From Candidatus Nanopelagicaceae bacterium (GTDB taxonomy: Bacteria; Actinomycetota; Actinomycetes; Nanopelagicales; Nanopelagicaceae), in contig DAIOSM010000004.1 of the NCBI GenBank assembly GCA_036752585.1, positions 1 to 49,227 on the forward strand: DNA of 49,227 nucleotides, given 5' to 3'. Shown one piece after another: positions 9,997 to 21,475 of this stretch. Made by a program: the position numbers and the translations under genes. The notes below the pieces were generated by a model. That model saw nothing but the letters and a program-made list of their open reading frames with translations. It was not told where the DNA came from and did no database searches. Numbering within the stretch: position 1 is the stretch's first letter; every line of letters begins with the position of its first letter.

Positions 9997-10830
9997 CTAC
10001 TGGATGCCTTCTTTAGTTTCTTTCCTGGCCTTAATGTTCAAACGATATGCGATAAATAAAGATCCAAGCAGCAGTATCAAACTGGTCCAGAGATTGAGCC
10101 TCAATCCGAGAATCAAATTTGCCTCATCAATCCGTAGCATCTCTATCAAGCCACGACCAAATGAATATGCCCCCACGTAAATTGCAAAGAGAGTTCCATT
10201 AGCAAACCTTCTCTTTTTTCCGATTTTTATGAGTATGAGAGCCACAAGCGAACACCAGATCGCTTCATACAAGAAAGTTGGATGAAAAGTCTCAAAGTTG
10301 GAGTAGCCAATTGGCCTGTAGCGAAAGGGAATCTCAAGAGCCCAAGGCGCATCTAGGGGGCGGCCAAATAGCTCCTTGTTAAACCAGTTACCGAATCGTC
10401 CGATTGCCTGGGCAATCAAAAGTCCTGGGGCAATTGCGTCAGCGAACTGAGAAAACCGAATCTCGCCACGACCTGGGTGTTTCTTGTATGCAATGTAAGC
10501 GGCGAGAGCCCCGAGTGAAATTGCGCCCCAGATTCCCAGACCGCCCTGCCAAATGTAGAGCGCTTCGATGGGCTTTCCGCCAGCTCCGAAGTAATCCTGC
10601 GGTGAGGTCACTACGTGATAAAGACGACCGCCTATTACACCGGCGGGAACTGCAAAGATGGCGATATCACCAACAACTCCAGGTTTACCACCGACTGCTA
10701 CATATCTTCGACCGCCAATTAGAACCGCAGCTACAACGCCGAGCATTATGCACAATGCATAGAAGTGAATCGTCAACGGACCAATCTCAATAAAAGATTG
10801 CTCTGGCGACGGAATGCTAGCGAATCTCAC
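9997..10830 (-). CDS. lgt: Prolipoprotein diacylglyceryl transferase
   Basis: N-terminus IPSPEQSFIEIGPLTIHFYAL and GGRLYHV, FGRFGNWFNKELFG motifs; GTG start. Confidence 0.93.
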   Translation of the reverse strand: MRFASIPSPEQSFIEIGPLTIHFYALCIMLGVVAAVLIGGRRYVAVGGKPGVVGDIAIFAVPAGVIGGRLYHVVTSPQDYFGAGGKPIEALYIWQGGLGIWGAISLGALAAYIAYKKHPGRGEIRFSQFADAIAPGLLIAQAIGRFGNWFNKELFGRPLDAPWALEIPFRYRPIGYSNFETFHPTFLYEAIWCSLVALILIKIGKKRRFANGTLFAIYVGAYSFGRGLIEMLRIDEANLILGLRLNLWTSLILLLGSLFIAYRLNIKARKETKEGIQ

Positions 10831-10841
10831 TTAGCTAATTC

Positions 10842-11585
10842 TTACTGCTTCGCTGCTTCTACTGCTGCCCTAAACTCATCTAGATTGAATTCGCTTGATG
10901 AGCGCTCCCAACGAGTTCCATTTATGAAGACGGTCGGTGTGCCTTCAACATTATTAGGCTTCATCGACTCAGCAACTTTCTTGACGAAATCGCCATACTT
11001 ATTGTCATTTACACAATCGGCGAATGACTCACTAGTGATACCCAACTTGTTGCCGATAGTGATCAGATTTTCATTTGAGAATAGTCCCGAGTTCTCATTT
11101 CCTTGAACTTGGTAAATTGCTTTATGGAAATCAAGGAAACGGCCCTCATCTACTGCACAATATGAAGCATTCGATGCTCTAACCGATTCTTGGCCCAAGA
11201 ATGAAGCCATATGGTAGACAACCTTTGCCTCTTTATTCCTTATCAATTCCTCTAGGTACCCACCCATCTCCTGCTCGAAGAAATTACAGAATGGGCATTG
11301 GAAGTCTTCCCAGATATCGATCCGCAACGGTGCATCGGGATTAAACACGATTCCGTAATCATCTGCTTCGCTAACTTGAGCTGTTAAAGGTTCGCCTATG
11401 TTTGAGGTATCAAGATTTTCGATGGCGATCGGGGTTTCACTTCCCCCGCCGGAGCGCTTATCCATGAAGGTGAAGATGACTCCGGATAGAACCACAAGAC
11501 CGACCATGCCGAGAACTAGATTTCTGGTGAGGGTGTCGCCTTTCGGCTTCGCATCTCTAACCTTTTGACGAGGCTCTTTTGGCAC
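10842..11585 (-). CDS. Membrane-anchored DsbA-family thiol:disulfide oxidoreductase
   Basis: N-terminal TM helix and CPFC active site (WEDFQCPFCNFFE). GTG start with SD AAGGAG 6 nt upstream. It occupies the syntenic position between trpA and lgt. Confidence 0.8.
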   Translation of the reverse strand: MPKEPRQKVRDAKPKGDTLTRNLVLGMVGLVVLSGVIFTFMDKRSGGGSETPIAIENLDTSNIGEPLTAQVSEADDYGIVFNPDAPLRIDIWEDFQCPFCNFFEQEMGGYLEELIRNKEAKVVYHMASFLGQESVRASNASYCAVDEGRFLDFHKAIYQVQGNENSGLFSNENLITIGNKLGITSESFADCVNDNKYGDFVKKVAESMKPNNVEGTPTVFINGTRWERSSSEFNLDEFRAAVEAAKQ

Positions 11586-11629
11586 GATGACTCCTTCGGT
11601 CGAATATCAAGGGATCTGAAATCTTGAAA

Positions 11630-11657
11630 ATTCTATTCCATAGTGGAGTTTTCAGAA
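11630..11657 (-). promoter_or_regulatory. Candidate internal promoter TTCTGA-N16-TAGAAT ahead of dsbA-like/lgt
   Basis: -10 TAGAAT is the complement of 11630-11635. -35 TTCTGA is the complement of 11652-11657. Sequence match only. Confidence 0.35.
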
Positions 11658-11661
11658 GCCT

Positions 11662-12447
11662 CTACCTTCGAACGGCCTCTGCCAGTTCCTCGGCAAGGGC
11701 CCGGACCTTGGAGTTAGCATCCGACTCGCTATCTGCCTCGAGAATCAACTTAATGAAGGCTGAGCCCACAATGACTCCATCCGCGTATTGAGCTATCTCG
11801 CGTGCTTGTGGCCCAGTTGATACCCCCAAGCCGACACATACAGGTGTATCGGTTACCTTCTTTATCCGTTCGACGAGCGATTCTGCATCTGACGAAATAT
11901 TAGATCTAGCGCCAGTAACCCCCATCAAACTCGCGGCATAGACGAAACCTGAACACTTTGAAGTTACCTTAATGAGTCTCTCGTCGGAAGTACTGGGCGC
12001 GACTACATAAACTCGATGCAAGGAGCTTTGATCGGTGGCATCGATCCACGAATCTGATTCCTCAACAGTTAGGTCGGGAGTAATCACGCCAACGCCTCCA
12101 GCATCTCTAAGAGCAGATGCGAATCCATTAACTCCAAATCTTTCTATTGGATTCCAATAGGACATAACCAGGGTAGGGACTGAACTGCTTGATACTGTTC
12201 TGAATACATCTCTAGTGGTTACGCCATTTGAAAGAGCAATCTCTGAAGCTTTCTGTATAACGGGTCCATCCATAACAGGATCGCTATAGGGAAGCCCCAC
12301 CTCAATAACATCAACTCCCCCGTCAATCATCGCCTGTATTGCAGAGCGCGATCGTTCCAAAGTCGGAAAGCCTGAAGGAATATAGCCAATCAGAAGTGCG
12401 CGATTCTCTGACTTAGCCGACTCAAAACTTTTAACGAGGCTAGACAT
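11662..12447 (-). CDS. trpA: Tryptophan synthase alpha chain
   Basis: GYIPSGFP...DVIEVGLPYSDPVMDGPVIQ...; 261 aa. Confidence 0.95.
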   Translation of the reverse strand: MSSLVKSFESAKSENRALLIGYIPSGFPTLERSRSAIQAMIDGGVDVIEVGLPYSDPVMDGPVIQKASEIALSNGVTTRDVFRTVSSSSVPTLVMSYWNPIERFGVNGFASALRDAGGVGVITPDLTVEESDSWIDATDQSSLHRVYVVAPSTSDERLIKVTSKCSGFVYAASLMGVTGARSNISSDAESLVERIKKVTDTPVCVGLGVSTGPQAREIAQYADGVIVGSAFIKLILEADSESDANSKVRALAEELAEAVRR

Positions 12448-12458
12448 AGGAACTCTCT

Positions 12459-13646
12459 TTAGAGCGGAATACCGAAGTACTTAGCAGCGGTTTGTACATC
12501 TTTGTCACCACGACCAGAGAGATTGATCAAGAGATTAGCCCCTTCTCCGAGCTCTCTTCCGATCTGCATCGCTCCCGCAAGGGCATGTGCAGTTTCAATT
12601 GCGGGAATTATTCCCTCGCTCTTTGAGAGAAGTGCAAATGCTTCCATGGCTTCATCATCTGTTATGGCCCGGTACTCAGCTCTACCCGTATCGTGCAGAT
12701 AAGCATGTTCTGGTCCAACCCCGGGATAGTCCAAACCAGCAGATATTGAGTGAGATTCCTGAGTCTGACCATTTTCATCTTGCAGTACGTAAGTTCTTGT
12801 TCCGTGGAGAACGCCTGGTGTACCGCCAACTAATGTAGCGGCATGCTTACCGGTATCAACGCCAGATCCGCCTGCTTCAAGTCCAATTAAACGAACTTCT
12901 CTATCTCCGATGAAGGCATAAAAGATTCCAATTGCATTAGAGCCCCCGCCAACGCAGGCCAAAACAGCATCGGGCAGTCTTCCGGTCAATTTCAACATCT
13001 GCTCGCGGGATTCATCGCCGATTATTCGATGAAAGTCGCGCACCATCGTTGGGAATGGATCTGGACCTGCAACTGTGCCGAGCAGATAGTGCGTAGTAGA
13101 GACATTAGTTACCCAATCGCGCATCGCTTCGTTAATCGCATCTTTGAGTGTCCTTGAACCTGTAGTTACAGGCACGACTTCGGCGCCCAGCAACTTCATT
13201 CGAGCGACATTTAGAGATTGTCGTTTCGTATCCTCTTCGCCCATGTAAACAACGCACTCAAGACCAAGAAGCGCCGCGGCGGTAGCTGAGGCAACTCCAT
13301 GTTGTCCAGCACCTGTTTCAGCAATGATTCTTTTCTTACCCATGCGCTTGGTAAGAAGTGCCTGACCAAGAACATTATTTATCTTATGGCTACCCGTGTG
13401 ATTGAGATCTTCACGCTTTAAGAAGATGCGCGCTCCTCCACAATGTTCTGAAAATCTTTTTGCCTCGGTGATTATCGATGGTCTTCCGGTGTAGGTTCGG
13501 TGCAATTCCATCAACTCGACCTGGAAAGAAGGATCAACCAAAGCTTCTTGATGCGCATGCGATAGTTCATCTAACGCACCGATAAGCGCTTCAGGCACAA
13601 AGCGTCCTCCAAATTTGCCGAAGTGGCCCAGAAGGTCGGTGGTCAT
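12459..13646 (-). CDS. trpB: Tryptophan synthase beta chain
   Basis: [16 protein letters not shown]...[10 protein letters not shown]...GGGSNAIG; 395 aa. Confidence 0.97.
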   Translation of the reverse strand: MTTDLLGHFGKFGGRFVPEALIGALDELSHAHQEALVDPSFQVELMELHRTYTGRPSIITEAKRFSEHCGGARIFLKREDLNHTGSHKINNVLGQALLTKRMGKKRIIAETGAGQHGVASATAAALLGLECVVYMGEEDTKRQSLNVARMKLLGAEVVPVTTGSRTLKDAINEAMRDWVTNVSTTHYLLGTVAGPDPFPTMVRDFHRIIGDESREQMLKLTGRLPDAVLACVGGGSNAIGIFYAFIGDREVRLIGLEAGGSGVDTGKHAATLVGGTPGVLHGTRTYVLQDENGQTQESHSISAGLDYPGVGPEHAYLHDTGRAEYRAITDDEAMEAFALLSKSEGIIPAIETAHALAGAMQIGRELGEGANLLINLSGRGDKDVQTAAKYFGIPL

Positions 13647-13662
13647 GCGCTAACCCTACTTT

Positions 13663-14445
13663 TCATGAGCTTTCGACGCTTTCCAGAAAACTCCTAAGAG
13701 TCTGACCAGGATTCTGGGATCTAACCAAGGCTTCGCCTACGAGCACGGCGTCTGCTCCTGTTCTCCGCGCCATCAAAATATCTTCAATCCCGCTAATGCC
13801 TGATTCAGCCACCTTGATTACATTCCCTGGAATCAAAGGAATCAAGCGCTCAAAACTAGTGATGTCAACTTCGAGGGTCTTTAAGTTTCTCGAATTAACA
13901 CCAACAATCTTCGGTGAAATTGACATCGCCCGCTCGAGCTCTTCCTCATCATGTATCTCAACCAAAACGTCCATCCCCAATTCTTGCGAGAGCGTATAGA
14001 AATCACGTAGTTGGTGATCATCAAGCGCTGCTGCGATAAGAAGAACTAAGTCTGCACCATATGCGCGACTCTCCTGGATCAGGTACTCACTAACCATGAA
14101 GTCTTTTCGGAGCATCGGTAAATTTACAGCTCCTCTAACCTCGGTAAAATCCTTTAAGGATCCCTTAAAGCGACGCTGCTCCGTAAGGACGCTAATCACG
14201 GTGGCGCCACTTTTCTCATAAGTTTCGGCTAGCAATGCTGGCTCTGGAATATCCGATAGCTCACCTTTACTCGGAGAGGAGCGTTTTATCTCTGCAATTA
14301 TCGAGAGTTCACGCGATGCCAACTTCTCAATTGCGCTCCTTGGTGCGGGCGCGCCGGAGATTCGCTCCAAGAGTTCACTATTAGTAAGTCGGCGCGCTTG
14401 CTCATCTAATCGAACTCCCTCAATGATTGAATCCAAGACGCTCAT
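13663..14445 (-). CDS. trpC: Indole-3-glycerol phosphate synthase
   Basis: IAEIKRSSPSKG...ISVLTE...LRKDF...; 4-nt ATGA overlap with trpE. Confidence 0.95.
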   Translation of the reverse strand: MSVLDSIIEGVRLDEQARRLTNSELLERISGAPAPRSAIEKLASRELSIIAEIKRSSPSKGELSDIPEPALLAETYEKSGATVISVLTEQRRFKGSLKDFTEVRGAVNLPMLRKDFMVSEYLIQESRAYGADLVLLIAAALDDHQLRDFYTLSQELGMDVLVEIHDEEELERAMSISPKIVGVNSRNLKTLEVDITSFERLIPLIPGNVIKVAESGISGIEDILMARRTGADAVLVGEALVRSQNPGQTLRSFLESVESS

Positions 14446-15941
14446 TTCAGGCTCCGAAGACTGTTGGCTGCGGCAATGGCACCCAGCACCGCTGCTGCCT
14501 TATTTCTGCATTCCTCATCCTCGCTCTCAGGTATCGAGTCAGCGACTATTCCTGCGCCAGCTTGAACAAAAGCGATTCCATCTTTTATGACTGCTGTGCG
14601 TATCGCGATACATGTGTCCAAGTTTCCGGTGAAATCAACATAGCCAATTGCTCCACCATAGATGCCGCGTCTGAAAGGTTCATGCGCCTCGATTAACTCC
14701 ATTGCACGTGGCTTCGGAGCACCTGAGAGAGTGCCGGCAGGGAAGACTGAGTAAAGCGCATCGACTGCTAGGCGCTCACTAGAGAGTTCACCAATCACAG
14801 TCGAGACAATATGCATGACGTGTGAGTAACGTTCTAGTTGCATGAACTCAACAACTTTCACAGAGCCCGATTTACAGACTCTTCCTAAATCATTGCGACC
14901 TAAATCCACGAGCATCAGATGCTCGGCTCTCTCCTTCGGATCTGAGAGAAGTTCTTCGCCAAGTCTTACATCCTCGGCCTGGTCGGAAGATCGCTTTCGA
15001 GTACCGGCGATGGGATGAACCATGACTTCGCCATCTGTGACCTTTACAAGGGCCTCCGGACTTGAGCCTACGATTGATAGGCCTTGGGCAAATCGGAATA
15101 GGTACATGTAAGGACTTGGATTGTGCAGTCGCAGCATTCGATAAATATCGTATGGATCACTCGGTGCATCTATCTGGAATCTTTGTGAGAGAACTACCTG
15201 GAAAGCTTCACCACGCTTTATCTCCTCTTTGATCTCCTTGACCGAAGCGACATATCTTTCTGTGCTGGTCTGCCTTTCAAAACTTGGAGCTGGTCTTTCA
15301 TCAAGATGCGAGATGGTGTTAGAAGATGGTGCTCGAAGTGCTGACTTCATTACTTCGAGACGGGATATTGCAGAGTTATAGGCCTCATCTACTCTCTCAT
15401 CCGTTCCATCCCAATTGATTGCGTTGGCAATTAACGTGACGCTTCCTTGTAAGTGATCGTAGATTGCAAGATCAGTCGTGAGAATAAATGCGATTTCAGG
15501 AAGTGCTAATGGATCTCTTAGTGAATTGGGAAGTTTCTCTAAACGACGTACTGCGTCATAACCCATGTATCCCACAAGGCCACTGGTCAATCGTGGCAAT
15601 CCCTTTATCTGTGGCGCTTTGAGATGCGAACTCGTCATTCGTAGCGCCTCGAGTGGATCGATTCCGATCGGGGCCCCTGCTGGAGGTCTTCCAATCCAAT
15701 GCGACAAACCATCTCTTTCAGTGAGCGTCGCTTCGCTGTTCACGCCAATAAATGAGTATCTAGACCACGCGCCACCATGTTCAGCTGACTCAAGGAGGAA
15801 CGTGCTCTCTCTATGTCCTGCTAACTTCGCATAGAGAGTGAGTGGGGTCTCGCTATCAGCCAGAAAGCTTTCCGCTACCGGTACGACGTTGTGTGTCTTG
15901 GCGTACTCTCGAAACTCGGCGAGCGAAATCGGCTTGATCAT
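14442..15941 (-). CDS. trpE: Anthranilate synthase component I
   Basis: 499 aa; LLESAEHGG, chorismate-binding C-terminus GGAIGY...IRT...AGAGIVADS. Confidence 0.95.
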   Translation of the reverse strand: MIKPISLAEFREYAKTHNVVPVAESFLADSETPLTLYAKLAGHRESTFLLESAEHGGAWSRYSFIGVNSEATLTERDGLSHWIGRPPAGAPIGIDPLEALRMTSSHLKAPQIKGLPRLTSGLVGYMGYDAVRRLEKLPNSLRDPLALPEIAFILTTDLAIYDHLQGSVTLIANAINWDGTDERVDEAYNSAISRLEVMKSALRAPSSNTISHLDERPAPSFERQTSTERYVASVKEIKEEIKRGEAFQVVLSQRFQIDAPSDPYDIYRMLRLHNPSPYMYLFRFAQGLSIVGSSPEALVKVTDGEVMVHPIAGTRKRSSDQAEDVRLGEELLSDPKERAEHLMLVDLGRNDLGRVCKSGSVKVVEFMQLERYSHVMHIVSTVIGELSSERLAVDALYSVFPAGTLSGAPKPRAMELIEAHEPFRRGIYGGAIGYVDFTGNLDTCIAIRTAVIKDGIAFVQAGAGIVADSIPESEDEECRNKAAAVLGAIAAANSLRSLK

Positions 15942-15946
15942 ATTCT

Positions 15947-16291
15947 TCAGTTCTCGAATTCATCGACGAATTGATGGAAACAACTGACTTCTCCAGTGTG
16001 ACATGCAGGTCCGTGGCTTTTAACCTTGATAAGGAGAGCATCGCGATCACAATCAATAGCTATCGAGACCACATCCTGATAATTCCCAGAACTCTCGCCC
16101 TTTATCCAAATTGATTTACGACTTCGACTCCAGAATGTCACCCTCCGGGTAGACACCGTCAGCTCAAGCGCTTTTCTGTTCATCCAGCCGAGCATTAGAA
16201 CTTGATTTGTTCTCTCATCTTGTAGAACTGCTGCTATCAGAGAATTCTCCTCTTCGAAGATCTCATCCATTTCCCGCGATGACAGTTCCAT
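15947..16291 (-). CDS. hisI: Phosphoribosyl-AMP cyclohydrolase
   Basis: 114 aa; FWSRSR...WIKGESSGN...DCDRDALL...GPACHTG. Confidence 0.93.
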   Translation of the reverse strand: MELSSREMDEIFEEENSLIAAVLQDERTNQVLMLGWMNRKALELTVSTRRVTFWSRSRKSIWIKGESSGNYQDVVSIAIDCDRDALLIKVKSHGPACHTGEVSCFHQFVDEFEN

Positions 16292-16293
16292 GG

Positions 16294-17076
16294 TTAATTC
16301 TCGCCTAACTTGGATCGCTCTCGCACAACATATCCAGCACCTTTGAGCGAGCTCTTGATTTCGGCTATTCGATATATTCCAAAATGGAAGACGCTGGCAG
16401 CTAGCAGAGCATCTGCTCCCTCCTGCATCGCCCGCGCGAAGTCTTGAATATCTCCAGCTCCACCACTGGCGATAAGAGGTGTGTCACAAATTTCTCGGAC
16501 TTTCCTTATCATCTCCAAGTCATATCCGGATCTCGTCCCATCTCGATCCATAGAGTTGAGCAATATCTCGCCTACGCCCCTGGAGGTTGCGTTCTCAATC
16601 CATTCAAGCGCATCGAGGCCTGTGCTCTCTCTGCCGCCATGGGTAGTAACTTCAAAACCAGATTTGGTACGAGCTCTTCTGGCATCTACCGAGAGAACAA
16701 GTACTTGAGTCCCGAATCTATCTGCAATTTCGGAGATGAGCTTCGGCTCACGAATCGCTGAGGTATTGATTGAAACTTTATCGGCGCCTGCTCTCAAGAG
16801 TTGATTCACGTCCTCCACCGATGAAATTCCGCCACCAACTGTAAGTGGGATGAAGACTTGGTCTGCAGTACGGCGGAGAACTTCCAAGGTGGTTCCACGA
16901 CCTTCTACGCTCGCTGTTATATCGAGAAAGGTAATTTCATCTGCACCTTCTGCTGCATAGATTGAAGCCATCTCAACCGGATCGCCCGCATCTCTTAGGT
17001 TTACAAAATTGATTCCTTTTACGACTCTTCCACCAGAGACATCTAGGCAGGGAATGATGCGCGTCGCCAGCGTCAT
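16294..17076 (-). CDS. hisF: Imidazole glycerol phosphate synthase cyclase subunit
   Basis: [15 protein letters not shown]...DAGDP...LTVGGGI...; 260 aa. Confidence 0.96.
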   Translation of the reverse strand: MTLATRIIPCLDVSGGRVVKGINFVNLRDAGDPVEMASIYAAEGADEITFLDITASVEGRGTTLEVLRRTADQVFIPLTVGGGISSVEDVNQLLRAGADKVSINTSAIREPKLISEIADRFGTQVLVLSVDARRARTKSGFEVTTHGGRESTGLDALEWIENATSRGVGEILLNSMDRDGTRSGYDLEMIRKVREICDTPLIASGGAGDIQDFARAMQEGADALLAASVFHFGIYRIAEIKSSLKGAGYVVRERSKLGEN

Positions 17077-17795
17077 CTTGTGACTCTCAAAGCTTCTTCT
17101 AGAGTGAAGGCTCCTGCGTACAAAGCCTTCCCCACAATCGCACCTTCAACGCCATCGGCTGCAAGCTCTCTAAGTTTGATCAGATCATCTAGTGAAGATA
17201 CTCCGCCGGAGGCAATCACAGGTCTATCGGTCATTTCACATACGCTCTTCAATAGCTCCACGTTTGGACCCTGCAGCGTTCCATCCTTATTGACATCAGT
17301 TACTACATAGCGTGCGCAACCTTCGCGATCAAGACGCTCAAGCGTCTCGTAGAGATCTCCGCCTTCTTTAGTCCAACCACGAGCCGCAAGAGTTCTACCT
17401 CGCACATCAAGTCCGACTGCAATTCGCTCGCCAAACCTGGAGATCACCGAAGCAGTCCACTCCGGACTCTCCAGAGCTGCAGTTCCTAGATTCACTCTCT
17501 CGCAGCCTGTTGCCAGCGCTCTGGCGAGAGTCTCTTCGTCTCTAATCCCCCCAGAAAGTTCAACTTTCAAACTCAACTTCGAGATTACCTCGCGAAGGAT
17601 TTCTTGATTATTGCCGGTACCAAATGCAGCATCAAGATCGACCAAGTGGATCCAATCGGCACCCGCATCTTGAAACGCAAGCGCTGCCTCAAGTGGTTCT
17701 CCATACTGTGTCTCAGCGCTCAACTCACCTCTAACTAAGCGAACTGCCTTTCCGCCTCTTACATCCACGGCAGGGAGAAGGATCAAATTCTTCAT
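17073..17795 (-). CDS. priA: Bifunctional ProFAR/PRA isomerase (HisA/TrpF), actinobacterial PriA type
   Basis: [18 protein letters not shown]...[12 protein letters not shown]...VELSGGIRD... is very close to Mtb PriA as I recall it. No separate trpF is present in the adjacent trp cluster. Confidence 0.9.
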   Translation of the reverse strand: MKNLILLPAVDVRGGKAVRLVRGELSAETQYGEPLEAALAFQDAGADWIHLVDLDAAFGTGNNQEILREVISKLSLKVELSGGIRDEETLARALATGCERVNLGTAALESPEWTASVISRFGERIAVGLDVRGRTLAARGWTKEGGDLYETLERLDREGCARYVVTDVNKDGTLQGPNVELLKSVCEMTDRPVIASGGVSSLDDLIKLRELAADGVEGAIVGKALYAGAFTLEEALRVTR

Positions 17796-18400
17796 AGCGC
17801 ATCAGCCCAATTCTTAAGTAACTGTAGTCCGGCATCGCCACTCTTCTCTGGATGAAACTGAACAGCTTTCAAAGCTCCATACTCAAGGGCCGCCAAAAAT
17901 TCATCTCCGTATTTTGATGATGCAGTGAGGGCTCCAGCGGGTGCACTTTTAGCTGCGTAAGAATGCACGAAATAAAATCTTTCGCTATCCAATCCAGTGA
18001 GTAGCTGGAGGGCAGAACCGCCGCTTAACTCATTCCATCCGATGTGAGGGAGAACTGGTGCAGCTAACTTCGCCACTCTTCCTGCCAGAAGTGACAACCC
18101 CTCATCTCCTGACTCATCGCTTCCTTCAAAAAGTATCTGCATTCCTACACAGATTCCTAGAGTAGATCTTCCAGAATCAAATCGTCTTTTGATTATTTCA
18201 TCACCACGAATCTCTCGTAATTGGCGCATACAACTACCAAATGCACCAACTCCCGGGACTAGCAAACCTTCCGAGTCCAACGCCTTTTCAAAGTCAGAAG
18301 TAACTTCGACTTGCAACCCGACTCTTTCTAGCGCGCGTTGTGCTGAACGGATATTGCCAGAGCCGTAATCAAGAACTGAGATTGATCTTCGTCCGCTCAA
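17792..18400 (-). CDS. hisH: Imidazole glycerol phosphate synthase glutaminase subunit
   Basis: [12 protein letters not shown]...GICVGMQ...YFVHSY...QFHPEKS; 202 aa. Confidence 0.95.
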   Translation of the reverse strand: MSGRRSISVLDYGSGNIRSAQRALERVGLQVEVTSDFEKALDSEGLLVPGVGAFGSCMRQLREIRGDEIIKRRFDSGRSTLGICVGMQILFEGSDESGDEGLSLLAGRVAKLAAPVLPHIGWNELSGGSALQLLTGLDSERFYFVHSYAAKSAPAGALTASSKYGDEFLAALEYGALKAVQFHPEKSGDAGLQLLKNWADAL

Positions 18401-18984
18401 AGGACGCCTTTTGTAGAGGGAACCCCTGAAACCCTTGAATCTAAAGTGACCGCATCTCGCAGCGCTCTCGCTACTGCCTTGAATTGGGCCTCGAGTACAT
18501 GGTGTGCATTTCTTCCTTCAATGACTCGGATATGAAGAGCGATCCGCGCCTCGGCAACGAATGACTCCCAGATGTGCTTACCTAAAGTCGTATCGAAGGT
18601 TCCGATAAGTTCAACGATCTCCGGTTGACGATGTACTAGATAAGGGCGTCCGGATAGATCGACGGCGGCCTGGACAAGAACTTCGTCAAGAGGAACGAGG
18701 GCATCGCCAAACCTACGAATCCCTGACTTGTCTCCTAGCGCCTCTCGTAGCGCTTGACCTACAGCTAGTGATGTGTCCTCTACCGTGTGATGGGAGTCGA
18801 CGTCGACATCACCTTTCGTCTTTACAGTTAGATCGAATCCAGCGTGCTTACCAAGTTGAGAGAGCATGTGATCAAAGAATGGAACTCCGGTCTCTACATC
18901 GATCTTTCCAGAGCCATCTAGATTCAATTCGACTCTGACATTTGACTCTTTAGTCGTCCGCTCGACCGTCGCAATTCTCTTCAT
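18397..18984 (-). CDS. hisB: Imidazoleglycerol-phosphate dehydratase
   Basis: TKES...GVPFFDHML...DSHHTVED...GRNAHH; 195 aa. Confidence 0.95.
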   Translation of the reverse strand: MKRIATVERTTKESNVRVELNLDGSGKIDVETGVPFFDHMLSQLGKHAGFDLTVKTKGDVDVDSHHTVEDTSLAVGQALREALGDKSGIRRFGDALVPLDEVLVQAAVDLSGRPYLVHRQPEIVELIGTFDTTLGKHIWESFVAEARIALHIRVIEGRNAHHVLEAQFKAVARALRDAVTLDSRVSGVPSTKGVL

Positions 18985-18991
18985 GATCTGA

Positions 18992-20080
18992 TTATCCCCT
19001 AACTGCCTTACTTAGCGCATCCAAGAAAGCTCGGTTCTCAGCGCGAGTACCGATCGTAACTCGCAAGTGTCCAGCAATTCCGACATCTCTAACCAATATT
19101 CCATATTCAAGCATCTGCTGCCAAAGGTTCTCAGATGGAGCATCAAAGCCAGTGAAGAGAAGGAAATTCGCCTCACTCGGATAAGTCTTTAATCCAAGCG
19201 CTCTCAATTCAGTGGCTACCTCTTCTCGTGCCTGGCTAAGTCTCTCGACATCCCTGCTCAATGACTTTTGCTGACTGATTGCAGCTAAGGCTGCAGCCTG
19301 GGTAAGGGAACTCAAGTGATACGGAAGGCGTACGAGTTGGAGCGCATCAATAACCTTTGGGTGCGCTACAAGATATCCAAGTCTCGCACCGGCAAATGCG
19401 AAGGCTTTACTCATCGTCCTTGAAACCAATATGTTCGGATATCTTTCAATCAAGGTTATAGCTGACTTGCCCTTTGAAAATTCGGCATAGGCCTCATCTA
19501 CGACGACTAATCCGCCGCGAGGAGAAAGCGCTTCAGCGATCCTGCAGAGGGTCTCTAAAGAGGTGGCTGTACCAGTGGGATTATTCGGTGTTGTTACGAA
19601 GACAATCTTGGCGCTCTCCACTTCAAAGGCCTTTTTGAGTTGAAGATCCCTTATCTCGAAATCTTCATCTCTTTTGATTGATACCCAATTCTTTCCAACG
19701 ACTCTTGAGATCAGAGGATGCATCGAATACGAGGGTTCAAATCCCAGAGCATCGCCATCAAAAGCAAGCAGGATTGTTTGAATAATCTCATTGCTTCCAT
19801 TAGCTACCCAGATTGAATCGTTTTTGAAGTCAGTTCCATGGGATTCGTTTATAGAATTAGCGAGCGCCGTTCGTAGCCTTAGAGCATCTCTATCGGGATA
19901 ACGATTTAGATCCCTTAAACTCTTTGAGATCTCATCGCGTAGTTGCTGTTGGAGCTCATCACTCAAGCTATATGGATTCTCATTTGTGTTGAGGCGTACC
20001 GGGACTTCGATCTGTGGTGCGCCATATGGAGAGAGATCCGCCAAATCCGAACGAAGCGGCAACCAACTCGGCCAACTCAT
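18992..20080 (-). CDS. hisC: Histidinol-phosphate aminotransferase
   Basis: LNTNENPY...YPD...TPNNPTG...[17 protein letters not shown] (PLP lysine); 362 aa. Confidence 0.93.
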   Translation of the reverse strand: MSWPSWLPLRSDLADLSPYGAPQIEVPVRLNTNENPYSLSDELQQQLRDEISKSLRDLNRYPDRDALRLRTALANSINESHGTDFKNDSIWVANGSNEIIQTILLAFDGDALGFEPSYSMHPLISRVVGKNWVSIKRDEDFEIRDLQLKKAFEVESAKIVFVTTPNNPTGTATSLETLCRIAEALSPRGGLVVVDEAYAEFSKGKSAITLIERYPNILVSRTMSKAFAFAGARLGYLVAHPKVIDALQLVRLPYHLSSLTQAAALAAISQQKSLSRDVERLSQAREEVATELRALGLKTYPSEANFLLFTGFDAPSENLWQQMLEYGILVRDVGIAGHLRVTIGTRAENRAFLDALSKAVRG

Positions 20081-21414
20081 TCGAGCCTCGCCTTGATCGC
20101 CTCGCCATGAGCAGGAAGGTCTTCTGCCTCAGCGAAAGTAACCACGCTCGGCGCCACCTCTCGAAAGGCCCTCTCGTTATAGGTGACGAAATGTAATCCA
20201 CGTAGAAAAGTTTGGACCGAGAGGCCACTTGAGTGGCAGGCGCAACCTCCGGTCGGGAGAACGTGATTAGAGCCAGCTAAATAATCACCAAGAGAGACAG
20301 GCGAGAACCTGCCGAGAAATACCGCTCCAGCATTTCTAATCTTCTTGCTAGCGCGATGTGGATCTCTCACGAGAAGTTCAAGATGTTCAGCAGCATATGC
20401 ATTTGCTACATCAAGTGCCTGGTCTAGATCATCAACGAGGACTATTGCAGATTGCTCTCCGCCCAATGCCTCCTTGATTCGCTCGCGATGTTTGGTGCGC
20501 TCAACTCTAGACTTGAGCTCTCCAATCACTCGGTCTCTAAGCTCTACTGAATCTGTGATCAAAACAGCCGCAGCAATCGTGTCATGTTCGGCTTGGCTGA
20601 TTAGATCTGCAGCAACCTCTCCTGGTAACGCACTGGAATCTGCAACGATGGCGATTTCGGTTGGACCTGCTTCCGAGTCGATTCCAACTACTCCACGTAA
20701 CGCTCGCTTAGCGGCTGCGACATAGATATTTCCCGGTCCGGTCACGATATCTACCGGTTCACTAATCATCTTTCCAGACTCATCTTTGATACCAAACGCA
20801 AAGGCCGCAATCGCTTGTGCTCCACCCATCGAGTAAATCTCGTGAATGCCAAGAAGCGCACAAGTAGCAAGAACTAGATCATCTGGCCATCCGTCATTCT
20901 CTTGCTGTGGAGGCGATGCAAGAGCGATACTGCCGACGCCGGCAATCTGTGCTGGTACTACATTCATGATTACAGAGCTCGGGTAGACAGCGCGTCCAGC
21001 CGGAACATAAAGACCGACGCGGTCAACGGGAATCCAGCGCTCCTCCACCTCGCCACCGTCAACAACGCGCACAATCGACTCGCTACGGGCTTGTTCCTTA
21101 TGCACGATACGAACTCGCCTTATTGATTCCTCTATCACTCTTCGCAGATTTGAATCTAAATTGGCTAGCGCAGATTGGATCTTGCCCTCAGGGACCCTTA
21201 TCTCTCTGGGTCTAACGCCATCAAATCGCTCGGAGAAACTCAGAAGGGTCGAGACATCGCCATCTCGGACTGCATTGATTATGGGCTCCACCTGGGCAAG
21301 TGCGGCCTTAACGTCGAGTGAGGCGCGTGGAAGTTTGGAGCTATACCCACTTCTAGTCAGTCGTAAACCACGGAGGTCTAAGGTTCTGATTAGTGGCGGT
21401 GCGTCTGGTTTCAC
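20077..21414 (-). CDS. hisD: Histidinol dehydrogenase
   Basis: 445 aa. [26 protein letters not shown]...GPGNIYV...SQAEHD...[12 protein letters not shown]; GTG start. Confidence 0.95.
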   Translation of the reverse strand: MKPDAPPLIRTLDLRGLRLTRSGYSSKLPRASLDVKAALAQVEPIINAVRDGDVSTLLSFSERFDGVRPREIRVPEGKIQSALANLDSNLRRVIEESIRRVRIVHKEQARSESIVRVVDGGEVEERWIPVDRVGLYVPAGRAVYPSSVIMNVVPAQIAGVGSIALASPPQQENDGWPDDLVLATCALLGIHEIYSMGGAQAIAAFAFGIKDESGKMISEPVDIVTGPGNIYVAAAKRALRGVVGIDSEAGPTEIAIVADSSALPGEVAADLISQAEHDTIAAAVLITDSVELRDRVIGELKSRVERTKHRERIKEALGGEQSAIVLVDDLDQALDVANAYAAEHLELLVRDPHRASKKIRNAGAVFLGRFSPVSLGDYLAGSNHVLPTGGCACHSSGLSVQTFLRGLHFVTYNERAFREVAPSVVTFAEAEDLPAHGEAIKARLE

Positions 21415-21420
21415 TGCCCC

Positions 21421-21426
21421 ATTCTA
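21421..21426 (-). promoter_or_regulatory. Candidate -10 hexamer TAGAAT placed 6 nt before the hisD GTG (leaderless geometry)
   Basis: TAGAAT-GGGGCA-GTG read directly. No SD and no convincing -35. Confidence 0.35.
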
Positions 21427-21475
21427 GATAAAGAGGTATCTCCTCGCGCTCTAGATTTAAAGTTAAGGGCTGCTC

